Positions 25,851 through 39,200 of a DNA stretch of 64,000 nucleotides are shown piece after piece. The notes under the pieces are model-generated. The model ran no database searches. It saw only the letters and a list, made by a program, of their open reading frames with translations, and was not told the DNA's origin. Source of the DNA: Lama glama. Lineage: Eukaryota. The number at the start of each line of letters is the position of its first letter. Within the stretch, counting starts at the first letter, position 1. The DNA lies in NCBI GenBank assembly GCA_028534125.1, contig CM052817.1, positions 9,178,001 to 9,242,000 on the forward strand, given 5' to 3'. A program made the position numbers and the translations under genes.

Positions 25851-26949
25851 TGGAATGCATTTAAGAATCATATGGACACTATGATGCAATACGATAGTAT
25901 TATATTATTTTATAATATATGTAATCATATATAACTATATATAATGCTATTATAAGATCATAAATTTAAAAATAAAGGTGAAGAGATAATAAAGACAAAA
26001 GGGGAAATTTACTAAATACACTTCTATAGTAAATCCCCAGGTATTAAAGATGAAATGCTAATTTAGTTTTGAGTTTCCCAGCAGCCAAAGCAAAGAAGGA
26101 AGAATGATCATTTAAAAGAGTTGCAGTATATTTTGGAAGAGCAAATTATTTCTGGCCCACAGTCTTCGAGAAAATATTTTCCTCATTGGTCTTCGTAAAA
26201 GGATGACTAAATGATGTTATGAAACTATCACTAGCATCCCTACAATATACATAAGTCTTTTAAAACATCTATCAACAGCAACAAAAACTTAATTTAGGCT
26301 ACTCAGAGATATTTAGTCCAAATCAAGGCAACTCTATAAATGCCTTGGATTAATCCAAGGATAAAATCTAGACTGATCAAAGCTGTGATTCTCAAACTGG
26401 GGTAAAATGAGTATCCCAGGGGGCACAATAGGAGGTAAAATGGTCCATCTCCCTAGAGATAGGTGGGAAAACATTCTGGCCTTGCCTTTATCTAGGTAGT
26501 AAAGGTTTTAGGGCATTAATCACACATTTAAACCAACATGAATAGATACAGAATAGAATATAAAATGCATATATGCTTTGAAAGAGAGAGCATGAAACCT
26601 CAATGAAAGGAATGTCCCACTTGTGTGAACAGCTTTCGGTTTATGTCCAAACCCCCAGAAGGACAACATCATACTTTTCTACCCTTAGGGTTTATTCAGG
26701 GGAGAGGTTTGAAAACACTTGCCCCTGCATTTCCTCCTGCGGCCGACTCCAAGTTACCTCTTCCAGCTCTTTGTAGTTCTCGAGTCACATCATTTTTCAC
26801 ATTTTATTCCAGTTACTGGTTTATTATCTGTCTTCTCTGATAGAGAGTAAGGAACTGGCTGCCTTGACGCTTCAATTCCTGCCACGGTGTCTGATTTTTT
26901 GTGAGGGGCCAATGAATTAATAAGCTAATGAGCTAAAGATGTCTGATTT

Positions 26950-27356
26950 TTAGAGGTTGAATTGTGCCTGCCCCTCCCATTTCACATGTTGAAGTCCAAA
27001 CCCCCAGGACCTCAGAATATACCTCAGAATGTGACCATATTTGAAGATAGTGTTTACAGAGTTAATCAAACTAAAATTAGGTCATCAGGGTAGACCCTAA
27101 TCCAATATGCTTGGTGTCCTTATAAAGAGGCTAATTTGAACACAAAGACAAGTATAGAGGGAAGATGATACCAAGATAGAGCCAAAGAGAAAGGTCTGTA
27201 AGACAAGAGTCCCTCACAGCCCCCAGAAGGAACCAACCCTGCTGACACCTCGATCTCAGACTCCTGGTCTCCAGAATGGAGAGACAATTAATTTCTGTTG
27301 TTTAAGGCACTCCATTTACTGTACTTTGTCACCAGAGCCCTAGTCAAATAATATAG
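26950..27356 (+). mobile_element. MLT1 (ERVL-MaLR) solo LTR
   Basis: GGTTGAATTGTG, ACCTCAGAATGTGACCATATTTG, CCCTAATCCAATATG, AACCCTGCTGACACCTCGATCTCAGAC, TTTCTGTTGTTTAAG. Confidence 0.85.
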
Positions 27357-28859
27357 GGATCTTCAGGTCCTTCAGATAGCTGCCCCCCTCCATGAATATG
27401 TTCCTTCCAAGAGGCATTTGATAAAATTAAGTCTTTTGTCCTTTGCGAGGACAGCAAGGGTAGTGTTGCCATTGTTGTGGTGACAGAGGCCAGTCCTGTG
27501 CTGGGAGAGTGAAGTGTGTTCCAGGACCCAGGAACCAGGACTCCTTCTGGCACTCTGGGCCTTGTGTATGACAAACCCACACAGACCACCTTGTTTATAG
27601 ATCAGCTCCGATATTAACTAGCTGAGTGATTTGGGGACAGTTGATTAACGTCTCTCTGTTCCTTCACCTGAAGGAAGAAATGTCATGACATGTTTAAGTA
27701 AAAAGATGACAAGTGCATTTTATTTTGGAAAGAATAATTATTGTGAACTAAACACAAAAATTAGGGTCTTAAAGTTTTCCATTAAAAAATAATCTCAGTC
27801 CATTTAGTTTACTTATAAACTTTGGCTAAGGCTTACACTTAGAACAAATATTTTTAATTTCATTATACTACCAAGTCAACCAAATCAGTGTGTGTGTAAA
27901 CTCAATCTCCATACCTTGCAAATGTGTTTTTTTCTAGTTCCTTCTCTATGTGATTTTCATTGTTTAACTTTTTTTTTTTCCTTATTGCTTCTCAGTAGCT
28001 GAGTGCCTCTTAAATCAAGCAGAGAAGATTGAAAAAAAAGAACATTCTCAAGCATGGGTTTGAGTGATCTTTGGCTTTCCAGAGGTTAAAGTCAAACTTA
28101 AACCTGAGCACCTTCCCAGAAATAGCAATAGAGAGATGGTTTTGGTTTAAGTTCATCTGTTATGAAAGAATAGAGAAAATACAGCACTATTGTTTACTCT
28201 GAGCCCTAAACACTTTTACGAGAGTATCAAAACTCCAGGTTAATAATTCTTTTTTACTTATTGACCCAGTGTTAACAATTATTAAAGATGGTCAAACATG
28301 ATGTAAAAATTAAAGAACTCTATTCCTAGCATCATCTGTGGAGAATAACTGCCATACATTTGGAATTCAGGTATAAATCATGAAGTGTACAACAAATTTA
28401 AAATAAGAGAAGGCAAGCCAGGGTCACTGCAGATAGGGACATCTAGGGAAGGGAAGAGTGCTAGCTGACATCCTTACAACAAACGAGGAAGCAGAAAAAC
28501 CATAAAACTAATCACGAGTTTATAAAACCCCAGCATTCATGTGTTGTAGAGGTGCAGAATGTTAACTGTACCATGGGCCCCAGGACATTACTCTGATACA
28601 ATCCAACAAAAAAGATACGGCAGCTGCAGGGTTTCCTTGAATGGCAGGGGCTCAGGAACTACACACTCTGAAGGGCCTCTGATTAGCCAGGTCATTTGGG
28701 AATGGTCATTTAACCTCTCAAAGCCATTCTTCATCTCCAGAATGAAAATAATGACTCTGCCGTTGCCTATTGCACAAGGCCGTGGTGGAAATCAAGAGGA
28801 AAAGAGCTGCATCGAGTCTCTGACTTAATTTCACAGCCGGACCCTTTCTTCTTCTTCTC

Positions 28860-30595
28860 TTGGTTTCCAGGACTCCGCACCGTCCTATTTCCTCCCAGTA
28901 TATTGGCTCTTCCTGCTCGGCCTCCTGTGCTGGTTCTGCTCTTAGGTCTCTACATTTTGGAGCACACCAGAGTTCAGCCCTCATTCTTCCTTCTCTTCCC
29001 TGCCTGCAGGCTCTCTGTAGGTAATTTCAAAGTGTTAAGCATGATTCATTTTGCTGATCATTCCCACATTTATGTCTCCAGTCCTAACCTCCTTTCTGAT
29101 CTCCAGACTTAGAGACTCAACTGCAAACTTGGCATCTCCGCTTAATGTCTAACAAGTATCTCAAATTTTATATGGCTGAAATTGACCTGTTGATTTTCCA
29201 TCATTCAACTCTAGTCGCCCCTATTTTAGTCAATGTCATCCACTCAATTGCTCAAGTCAAACAACAATTCTAGGAATTATCTTCAGTCTTCTCTTTCTGT
29301 CTTCTCTCTCATCTAATCCATCAGCAAGACTCATCAACACTACCTCTGAAACAGACCTCGGATCCGTCCACTTATATCTGTACCTCAGCCACCACTGCCT
29401 TTGTCCAAGCCACCATCTTTGCTCATCTGAATGTCCACAATCAACTCCCAAGTGGTTGTTCTCTTTACCTATTGGCCTATGCAAGCTTGTTTTTTTTACA
29501 TTTATATAAATTTAATAACATATAAACAATGCATACATAAAAGATAGTGTTTTTAATTTAAAAATCCACCAAAAAATAAAAACATACATGTGTACTTAAA
29601 AAAATCAAAATTCAACAAATGCCTAGAAGAAGATACACAAAATCTATGATACACTTAAATTCTTGGAAAGAAAATAAGATAGAAAAAAAGGACAAAGTAG
29701 ACTTCACTTCCTTTTTTACTAAAAAATACAAGAACTTGAAGTGAACATGTAAGTCTGTTAAAATGTAAATTCTCAATTGGATATTTGGATATTGTTTTCT
29801 GTAAGTTCTTTTCTCTAATTTTCTCAAAATAAAAAGAAAATGAACACAGAGAAGGGCAGGTAAAGAGAAATAAAATAAAACGGAAAGTACCCCTGAGCCA
29901 AAGATTGCTTAAAAATTTTAAATATATCCCCTGCATAAATAGCTGGTAAAATATTTTAATTTCATGAAGAAAGTTTTGCTCTATTTCTGATTTTAATTAG
30001 GACATTTCTATGTGCCTCCACACTGTACAAAATCTTGAAAATGTAAATCATATCATGACAACCTGTTTAAACTCCACCAATGGCTTCCCAACACATTTAG
30101 AGTGAAATTCGAATTTGTTTACCATGACACAAAAGCGCTACCGGACCTGGCCTCTAACCACCTCTCCAACCTCCTATGCTGGCACCCTAATCATCTAGGC
30201 CAAGCTATGCTGCGCTTCAATCTGTCTGTCAATCACAGGTTCTTTCTCATAGGAAGCCCTTTGCCTTAGTCCCTCCTCCGCCTGGACAGCTTTTTCCCCA
30301 GAAGTGAACTTGGCTGGAACCATCTTGTCATGCAAGCCTTTCCAAATACAGCTACCTCAAAGAGATTTTCCTTGACCAACTGATCTGAAGGGACCCCCGC
30401 AGACACTCTCCATATCACCCCACTGTAATTCTCTCCATAGCACTGACCACAATCTGATCTTTACTGCGTGTTTCTGTATTGGTTTTCCTTCATTGCGTCT
30501 CCTTTATCCCCTATCCTCCTCCCAGAATATAAACTCTACAAGTGAAGAAGCCTTGTGACATCCCCAACTCCAAGCACTGTGTCCGGCACACAGAG
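28860..30595 (+). mobile_element. L2 fragment interrupted by an AT-rich segment (~29490-30040)
   Basis: TCCCACATTTATGTCTCCAG, ATCCACTCAATTGCTCAAG, AATCCATCAGCAAG, CAATGGCTTCCCA. Confidence 0.7.
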
Positions 30596-30597
30596 GG

Positions 30598-31210
30598 TGT
30601 ATTAGCTTTTTATTGTTAGGTAACAATTATCATCATTCTAGCAGCTTAAACCAACACCTATTTATTAGCTCACAGCCCTGCAGGTCAGGCGTGCAGGCTC
30701 AGGGGGGATTGATTCTACAGCCTAGTCAGGGCATTAGAAGCTGAAATCAAGGTGTCAGCCAGGCTGAGTTCTTAAACGGAGGCACTGGTGAAGAATCTGC
30801 TTCCAGGCTCATCCAGATTGTTGGCAAACTCCAGCTCCATGAGATTATAAGATTGAGGCCTTCATTTCCCTGTCAGCCAGGGGCTGTTCTTAGCAACTAG
30901 AGGCCAGCTGCATTTCTTCCCATGTGTCCCCCTCCATCTTTCAAGCCAGCAAGAGCATGTCAAGTCCTTCTTGCACTTTGAATATCTGACTTCCTCTTCT
31001 ATAACCAGTTGGAAAACTGCTTTCAAAGGAGTCGTGTGATTCAATCAGGCCCACCTGGATAATCTCCATATCTCAAGGTCAATCTGACAAGTAATATGAC
31101 CTACTCACAGGAACAAAATCTATCATATTTACAGCCCTAGGGACTACATAAAACATGTATACCAGAGGGTAGGGAATCTCGGGGCCCATTTTGGAAATCT
31201 GCCTACCACA
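30598..31210 (-). mobile_element. MLT1 (MLT1E/F-like) solo LTR
   Basis: TGTATTAG...GCAGCTTAAACCAACAC, AATCAAGGTGTCAGC, AGAATCTGCTTCCAGGCTCAT, GGCCCACCTGGATAATCTC, end TCTGCCTACCACA. Confidence 0.85.
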
Positions 31211-31745
31211 AAGGGCATCCTACAAATGTGTGGAATGAAAACAAAAATGATTATCAAATGTGCTCATCTAAAAATCATAAATGTCAGCATTAAAATTATT
31301 ATGATTCATAAAGATGTCCCTGTGACATCATGATAAAGTTAAAGTGGTATGATTTGCCATGGTTAAGACAGACCATCAAATCAAGGCTATTTTTTTCTTT
31401 AAGTTTTGGGGCTCAGAAAGATAAACTCTAGTTAGCTGACAAAGGCAGCTTTAAAAAGACAAAAACAAAAACCATAAGGCTAACTGGTAAGACTTGGTTT
31501 TCATTTGACTCAGCAGCTTACTACCTCTTGACTTTGGGCTATTTATGTTAACATGCCCAGTTCAGGTTTCTTCTTGCTAAAATGAGCAGTGATTCCACAG
31601 GTGGTTGTTAGGTTTAAACTATCAGGTACATGTACATTAACTGTTTAGAATGACAATTGACAGATCTGTTTCATGCAGGTAAGGTTTTTCAGTGGTGTTG
31701 CTGGGTAAGAGAGGAGGGTGGGGGAAGTTCTAATGTCAGAGAATT

Positions 31746-31746
<1 letters not shown>

Positions 31747-31770
<24 letters not shown>
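31747..31770. repeat. (GTCT)n microsatellite next to a short L1 3'-end fragment (~31775-31857)
   Basis: GTCT x6, followed by ATCACTTTGCTGTACACCTGAAACTAA. Confidence 0.85.
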
Positions 31771-31776
<6 letters not shown>

Positions 31777-31934
31777 ATTTGCATCACTTTGCTGTACACC
31801 TGAAACTAAGACAACACAACACATTATAAATATTGTAAATCAATATTCAATTAAAAATACTTTTCTTTAGATATTACCATCTCAGTACAGCAAAGGACCC
31901 CTATCATGAGGGACAACATCGTGCAGTGGAGGTA

Positions 31935-32130
31935 AATTCCAGCCCTGACACTTAATAGCTCTGTGATACTGGACAAGTTTACATAATCTCTCTGTGCCTC
32001 AGTGTTCTCATATGCGGAATGGACATAATAATTCACCGGAGGGCTGACACAAGGACTAAATGGGATTCAGTATATGTAAAATGCTTAGAACTATGCCAGG
32101 CATGGAATAAATGCTACAAAATATTTACTG
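31935..32130 (+). mobile_element. MIR
   Basis: CACTTAATAGCTCTGTGA, CTCTCTGTGCCTCAGT, ATGTAAAATGCTTAGAAC. Confidence 0.8.
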
Positions 32131-32249
32131 AAAAAAGGACTTCGAGAAATCTCCCATTTACTCAGGGCACGTTCCCACTTAATAGGCAACAGGCAAACAT
32201 GCTCACTCTATTCAAGTCACTCTTCATCCTCTCTTTTTTAATGAGCTGC

Positions 32250-32680
32250 CGTACCAACTCAGGCTCTCTGCAAGACAGGCACCAAGGATGGGTTAGACAG
32301 ATATACAAGGGATTTACTGGGGAAACAGAAGAGAGCAGGAGTGGGCAGAGATGCAGGTTGGACACCTGTGAAGGGAGAGAGCGAAGGAAGAAGGCTGGGC
32401 TGAGAAAAGCCTCAGACCACAGTGCAGTTCTCAGAAAGTCTCAGCAGGACAGTGGGGAGTCACAGCCAAGCACTGCTATGGAAGGAATCCCATGTCAGGC
32501 GGAAAAGGCCTGGCTTTATGGCCCAGCCATGCTCAGGGAGCGTTGCCTAGAAGGAGCCCAGGGGAAACACAAGTTTGGCACTTTCAGATATGAAGCATCC
32601 AACAGCTGCCATCAGCTGAGATCCCTAAAGCAGATTCTTTTGAGAGAAGTTCTAGGTGGCACACCCCGATGGCTGCCACA
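32250..32680 (-). mobile_element. ERVL LTR (LTR16-like)
   Basis: Reverse strand starts TGTGGCAGCCATCGGGGTGTGCCACCTAGA; GATTTACTGGGGAAAC and ACACCTGTGAAGGGAGAG motifs. Confidence 0.6.
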
Positions 32681-34109
32681 GCCCCGTGACTGTGTTCATG
32701 AGGGTGAAACGCACGCATGATGTGATCGGTATCTGCTGAACACCTTTTGGTCAGGCCATCATTTAAAGAGCACATCTAGGAGGTGGGCACTGTGCTGGGC
32801 AGCTGGTAGGCGTTAAGGTACATGTTACTGTTCTTTACAGACCAGCCAGGAGGGACAGCCAAGGCTAGTGCTGGCCCTCTGGTGTGATCCCTCGACAGGG
32901 AAAGTGTGGCTGGTTGAATGTGCCTGGGAACTAATGCACTGAACCATTTGTGGATTAGGTGTTTGCTGAGCAAGGACTGCATTGTTGAACAACCTCTTTC
33001 TGTGTGAAGGCAAATTCAGGAATGATACGTATACAAGTATGTATGCACGTGTGTATATATGTATGTATCTGGAAGAATGTGTTTGTGTATGCATGTGTTG
33101 GGGGTATTAGAGGCCATATTTCTTTTATTATAAAGAACATATTCTTATTGAGTGCCACGGAAAATAGATCTCTTTTTGGAACCTGAATTACCTACTTTAT
33201 TGAATAGAAGAATATCATTAGGAAAATTGGCATTGCTTGTCAGCCACCAAAATTATAAAATTTTCTTTGGAAAGCATTAACAATGGGTAACTTCCTAAGA
33301 TTTTCCTCTTGAAACGAGGTCACAGACCGCATTCCCAAGCTCAGAAGCCCCAGCTGGCCCTCAGCCTGTGTACTGACTGCATCTCTGTTCTGTACCTGGT
33401 ACTGTAAGGGCACAAAGGACACAGAACTCAAAGTCTCAGCACCAAGGCTTGGGAGGACACAGCCTATTAGGTGAAACAGATGAGGACAAAAGAGCTATAA
33501 GAGGTGTGTGGAGGTGCTTCGGGAATTCAGAGGAGTGAGCCACAAATAACAATTATGGGAACTGTGGTGATTAGCTGAGACTTCCAGACACATCTGACAG
33601 CCACTTTTTAACTCCTCTCACTCAAGCCCTTGGCTTCTACCTTAACTTTGGCTCTCCCAGGGCAGATGGGGTCAGTGTGATCTTTACCAGCCCCAGGTCC
33701 TGACTGATGCTCTCATTAATTCATTCATCTTTAATCAGGGATATATTAAGCACAGAGTGCATCAGGTCCCTTGCACAATAAGTATATATTTTGTTATATT
33801 AATTTGTAATGTCAGCCAAGTCAAATCCCTTTGGGAATGAGTGGGAGGACAGAGAAGGTGAATTCCAGTAATTACAAGTGACCCTCACCCCCAGCTGTAT
33901 TTTGCAGAGATGACATTGCAGAATTATAAGAGCATGATGCTTGGTGTCATAATCTCAGCACTCTGTATGTGACCTGGACAACTTTCTGAACCTCATTTTC
34001 CTCATTATAATCTGAAAAGTAGAGATAAAAACACTTATCTTGCAAAGTATGCGTTACATACATATGCAAAGGGCAAAGTATATTGATTAGGGCAAAGTAA
34101 AATAAATTG

Positions 34110-34690
34110 TAGAAAATAAACTTACAGAAGTGCAAAAAGGGAGTTTAGATTTATTTTAAAATTAGAGATAGGAAAAGTCCTTCCAAACAAGCCAAAAAGT
34201 CCAGAAATCAAAGAAGAGTTATAATGGATATAAATACATGAAAATGATTAACCTCTACATGATAATATACAGCATAAACAGAAAATTTTAAAAGCATATA
34301 ACAGACCAGAAAAATAGTCACAATGAATACCACTGACAAAGATTAACAACCAAAGCATTTAATGAGTTCCTGCAAATTAATAAGAAAAATACAACCCCAC
34401 AGAAAATTACCAAATACTATACATGAGCAATTCACAGAATTCATATGGACAATGCAGATCTGAAAACATTTTCCACCCAGCTAGTTCTTAAAGAACACAG
34501 ATTTAAACAATAAGGTGATACCACTGTTTTAACCCACCATATTGACAAAAAATTTAAATATTGATAACCTCCCTTACAGGCAAATGTATGGGGAAATAGG
34601 TACTTTCACATGCTGCTGTATATAATCTTATATCCACTAATTCCACTTCTAGTCATTTACCCTAAAACAATTACATATATACACAGAAAG
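34110..34690 (+). mobile_element. Old L1 ORF2 3' remnant
   Basis: GAGTTCCTGCAAATTAATAAGAAAAA, GCAATTCACAGAA, AATTCCACTTCTAG. Confidence 0.65.
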
Positions 34691-36274
34691 AGATTAACTA
34701 AAATAATTTATTCAACAAATACTTGGTGCAAACTTGTGTACTGTTCTATGAGCTGAAATAATAGTAAAAAAAAAAAAGAGAAGACTTTCCTGCATTGATA
34801 TTTATTAAGCATTTTGTCCAATTTCAATTTCTAGACTTCACAATCACACAATATAAATGTATTTTCTCTTTGTGCTCAGGGAGTTTTCATTATCCTCAAA
34901 GCTCCACTGCTGATAGCATATACACTTGCAATTGAAAATGATATCAAGTTATGACTAATTTTTATGGAACACATTACAAAGAGCTTTCACATCTATTATC
35001 TCATGTTTCTCATGCACCAAACCTGTGACTTAGGTAAATGATTATTTTGATCACCATTCACTCTCCAGAGCCAAGCAAGATACAAGGTATACAGCAGACA
35101 CCAAGTAAGAGTTTGTTGGAGGAATCAAAGTTAAGAGGAGTGGTTAGAGGCATGGAGATGCCAGACAGCATCACACGTCGTCCGACCCAAGACTGCTACT
35201 TTCGCTTCTTGGACTTTTCCAGCTACGCTATGCCTGCAGTTTCTAGAATCATCTAATCATAAGATTTTAGGTAACCCCATTTTACTTTGTAGCTGCCATT
35301 CTTCCAAGTTTAAGAACCTTGTTGTCTTGCTTTTTTGTTTTTAAATAGAAAATTAGGTATTTTATTAATGGTCACTTTACAAAACATGAATTGTTCTCAT
35401 AAAATCTGAAACCAAGAGCAACTAGAGCTCACAGTTTAGAGTGTAGAAAGAAGTCTTGGTAACACTCAGATCTGAGCCTGCTGAGAAATCTGACTTGTGT
35501 TTTAATTCTAACCATATATGTGTGACTTGGACATAAAATTAGATGATTATTCTAATTAAAAGCTGACTCCTTCTGGCTCAAAAATGTGATGATGCATCAA
35601 CTTTCTCAGTCACACCTGCTGCGTAATTGTGGATGTCAAGGGTTGTGTTTTAGTTGACTCTGACGGGCAGGAATACACATTGCAGAACAAAGTCATTTCA
35701 GGCGGTTCTGTGAGCCACTGAGTGTTTTAGGCTCCACAAGTTGCAAACTTAATTACAACAAAGAGTAAGCATTAGTTCTTTCACGTGATGAAATGAATCA
35801 ACAGGGGAGAGTGTGTTCAGTCCCATCCTCTTTCTTGGAGAAATAGGACTCAACAAATGCTATGACATGAATTTGCAGATGTAAAGGCAGTGGATATGAA
35901 TTATGGAAAAGGAAAGTCTGTTCTTAGGCAATCACTTTGTCCTGAAGGTTTGCTGACAGAACCAATCCTCAGACAGGATATAACACGATCAGTTACATCC
36001 TTCCAGATTACAAAGAATAACAAACACACATAGTCCCTCACTTACTTTTCATGACAGTAAAAAGCAAATGGGCTTTGGAATGTCAAAAACCCTGGTCGCA
36101 AATTCCAGCCTTTGCTGTGAATGACCTTGAGTAAGCCATTTAATCTCTCTCAACCTTAAACTTCTAATCCACAAAATTAGGATAATATTTTCCTTCCAAG
36201 ATTTAAGTCACAAATGTATTTAAGCCCCCTAGTAGAGTCCTGACAGGAAATAATTGCTGACTAAATATATACCT

Positions 36275-39200
36275 GTACCCCAGTTTGTTTACCCATTCAC
36301 CTGCGGAAGGACATCTGGGTTGTTTCCAGTTTTTCCCATAACAAATAAAGTTCCTTTGAACATTCATGTACAGGTTTTTGTGTGAACATAAATTTTCATT
36401 TCCCTGAGCTAAGTGCCCCAGAGTCTAATTGCTGGATTATATGGTAGTTGCACGTTAGGTTACAAAAAATTTGCCAAACTGTTTTCAAGAATGGCTGTAC
36501 CATTTCACATTCCCACCAGCCACAAACGTATGAGAGATCCAGTTTCTTCATATTCTCACGAGCATTTGGTATTGTCACTATTTTTCATTTGATCCATTCT
36601 GATATCTGTGTAGTGATCGGAGAGATCCAGTTTCTTAATATTCTCACGAGCATTTGGTATTGTCACTATTTTTCATTTGATCCATTCTGATATCTGTGTA
36701 GTGATCTCTCACTACGGTTTTAATTTGCATTTCCCTAATGGCTAATGGCGTTAAATAAATTTTCACAGGCTTATTTTCCATCTGTCTTTCCTTTTTTGTG
36801 AAATGTCTGTTCATGTCTTTTGCCCATTTTCTAAGCAGGTTGTTTGTTTCTGTGGTGTTGAGCTTTGAGAATTACTTATATACTATAGATGTCAGTTCTT
36901 TGTCAGGTAAGTGGTTTGCAAATATTTTCTCTCAGTCTGTATTTTGTCTTTTCATCCCCTTAAAATGTCATTCCCAAAGCAAAAGTTTCTAATTTTGATG
37001 AAATCCAGTTTATCCATTTTTTTCAATTTTTAGTGTCATATCTAAGAACTCTTTCACTCGACCCTAGGTCACAAAAATTCTCTCCTATGTGCTCTTCTAA
37101 AAGATTAGTGGTTTTAAGTCTTGCATTTAAATCTATGATCCATTTTGAGTCAAGGTTTATATAACGTGTGAAGTTTATGTTGAGGTCCTTTTTTTTTTTT
37201 GCCTATAGTTTATAATTGCTCTAGCACCATTTGTTGAAAAGGTTATCATTCCTCCATTGAACTGCTTCTCAACTTTGTCAAAAATCAGTTGGGCAATTTT
37301 GTGTGGTCTGCTTTTTGCTCCATCCTCTATTCGTATGTATTAATCTGTGTCCATGCCGCCACCAATAATATGCAGTCTCCAATACCACACCTATGTAAGT
37401 CTTGAAATTGGGTAGAGTGATTTCTTACACTTCATTTCCCTTTTTCACAATAGTTTTCACTATGTTAGTTCCCTTGCCTTTCTATGTAAATTTTAGAATA
37501 ATCTTTCCTATATCTCCAAAAAACGTTACTGAGATTGTTGTTAGGAATTTCATTAAATCTTCTATCAGTTTGGGGAGAATCGACATTTTTACTATGTTGA
37601 ATCTTTCAATCCATAAACATGGCATTCCTCTTCATTTATTTAGATCTTCTTTGATCTTTTCACTGGTACTTAGTAGTTTTAAGCAGCAAGTTTTATACAT
37701 ATTTGTTATATTTATCCTTAAGAATTTCATTTTTAAGCAATTGTTAGTGGTATTATATTTTTCATTTTGGTGTCTGTGTGTTCATTGCTGGCAAATAAAA
37801 AATGCAGTTGATTTCTGTTGTTCATTTTGTATCCTGTCATGTTTCTGAACTTTTGAGTTCTAGAAAGGATTTTTTTGGGTAGATTCCTTGAGATTTCTAC
37901 ACAGACACTCATGCCATCTGCAAATAGTGAGTTTTGTCTTTTCCTTCCTGATCTGTATATCTTTATTTCCTTTTCTTGCACTAATTGCATGAGCTAGAAC
38001 GTCAGTATTATATTTAGTAAAATGATGAAAGCTAACATCTATGTCTTGGTCCCAGTTTTAAGGGGAAAGCATTCACTCATTCACCATTAAATATAACACT
38101 AACTATAGACATTTTGTGTATGCTTGTTAACAAATTAAGGGAGCTCTCTTGTACTCCTATTTTTCTGAGAGTTTTTAGCATGCATGGGTGCTAAGTTTTG
38201 TCAGATGCTTTTTCTGCATTGATTGATAAGATCATGTGATTTTTTTTCTTGTAATATAGTAAGTTATACTGATTTTTTTAATATTGAACAAGTCTTGCAT
38301 TCTTGGAATAAATACCATTTCATCATAAAGAATAATTCTTTTTCTATTTTGTTGAATACCTGCTAATGTTTTGCTAGAGATTTTTGTGTCTCTATCTATG
38401 AGGGCTAGTCATCTATAGTTCTTTTCTTTTTCTCAACTGTCTTCTTTGGGTTTTCATGTCAGAGTATTATTAATTTCATAAAATGAATTAGGAAGTGCTA
38501 TCTCCTTTTCTTTTCTCTTTCTTTTCTTTTTTTTTTTTTTTTTGGAAGACATTGTGTAGAATTCATGTCAATCGCTTTTCAAATGTCTGGTAGAATAATC
38601 CAGTGAAGGGCCTGGAGATTTCCATTTGGAGAGTTTTAAAATGATAAATTCAGGGGTTATTTAAAAGTATATTGTCTAGCTTTTAAGTGTTTGGATATTT
38701 TCCTGTTATTTTTCTATTAATTATTTCTAGTTTGATTCCACGAGGTCAGACAACACACTCTGGATAATTTTAATTCTTATAAATCTGTTGTAGCTTGTTT
38801 TATGGCCCAGTGTGTAGCCTAACTTGGTGTACGTCTCATGAGTGCTTGAAAAGAATGTGTGTTCTATCACTGTTGGGGGTAGTGTTCTCTAAATGTAGAC
38901 TAAATCTTGTTGGTTGATGGTGTTACTGATTTCTTCTATACTATGATTTTCTGTCTAGCTCTATCAATTGTTGAGAGAGAGATACTAAAATCTATAAATA
39001 CAATTGAGGATTTATCAGTTTCTCTTTTCTATGAGTTTTGCTTCATATGTATTGCTGTTCCTCTGTTTGGAGCATATACCTTAAGGGACTGCTATGTCTT
39101 AAGGTAGTTTAACCATTTTATGATCATGTATTATTGGCCTCTGTCTTTAGTATTGTTCTTTTCTCTGAAGTCTATTTTATCTGACATTAATATAGTCGTT

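Noticed and set aside
32019..32720. 233-aa plus-strand ORF
   Set aside because: Runs from a MIR through an antisense ERVL LTR; no recognisable protein similarity or exon structure, so most likely a chance frame.
36614..36625. Illumina adapter remnant (GATCGGAGAG resembles AGATCGGAAGAG) at the duplication junction
   Set aside because: Not an exact match, and fully explained by the end of copy 1 (GATC), one G, and the start of copy 2 (GAGAG).
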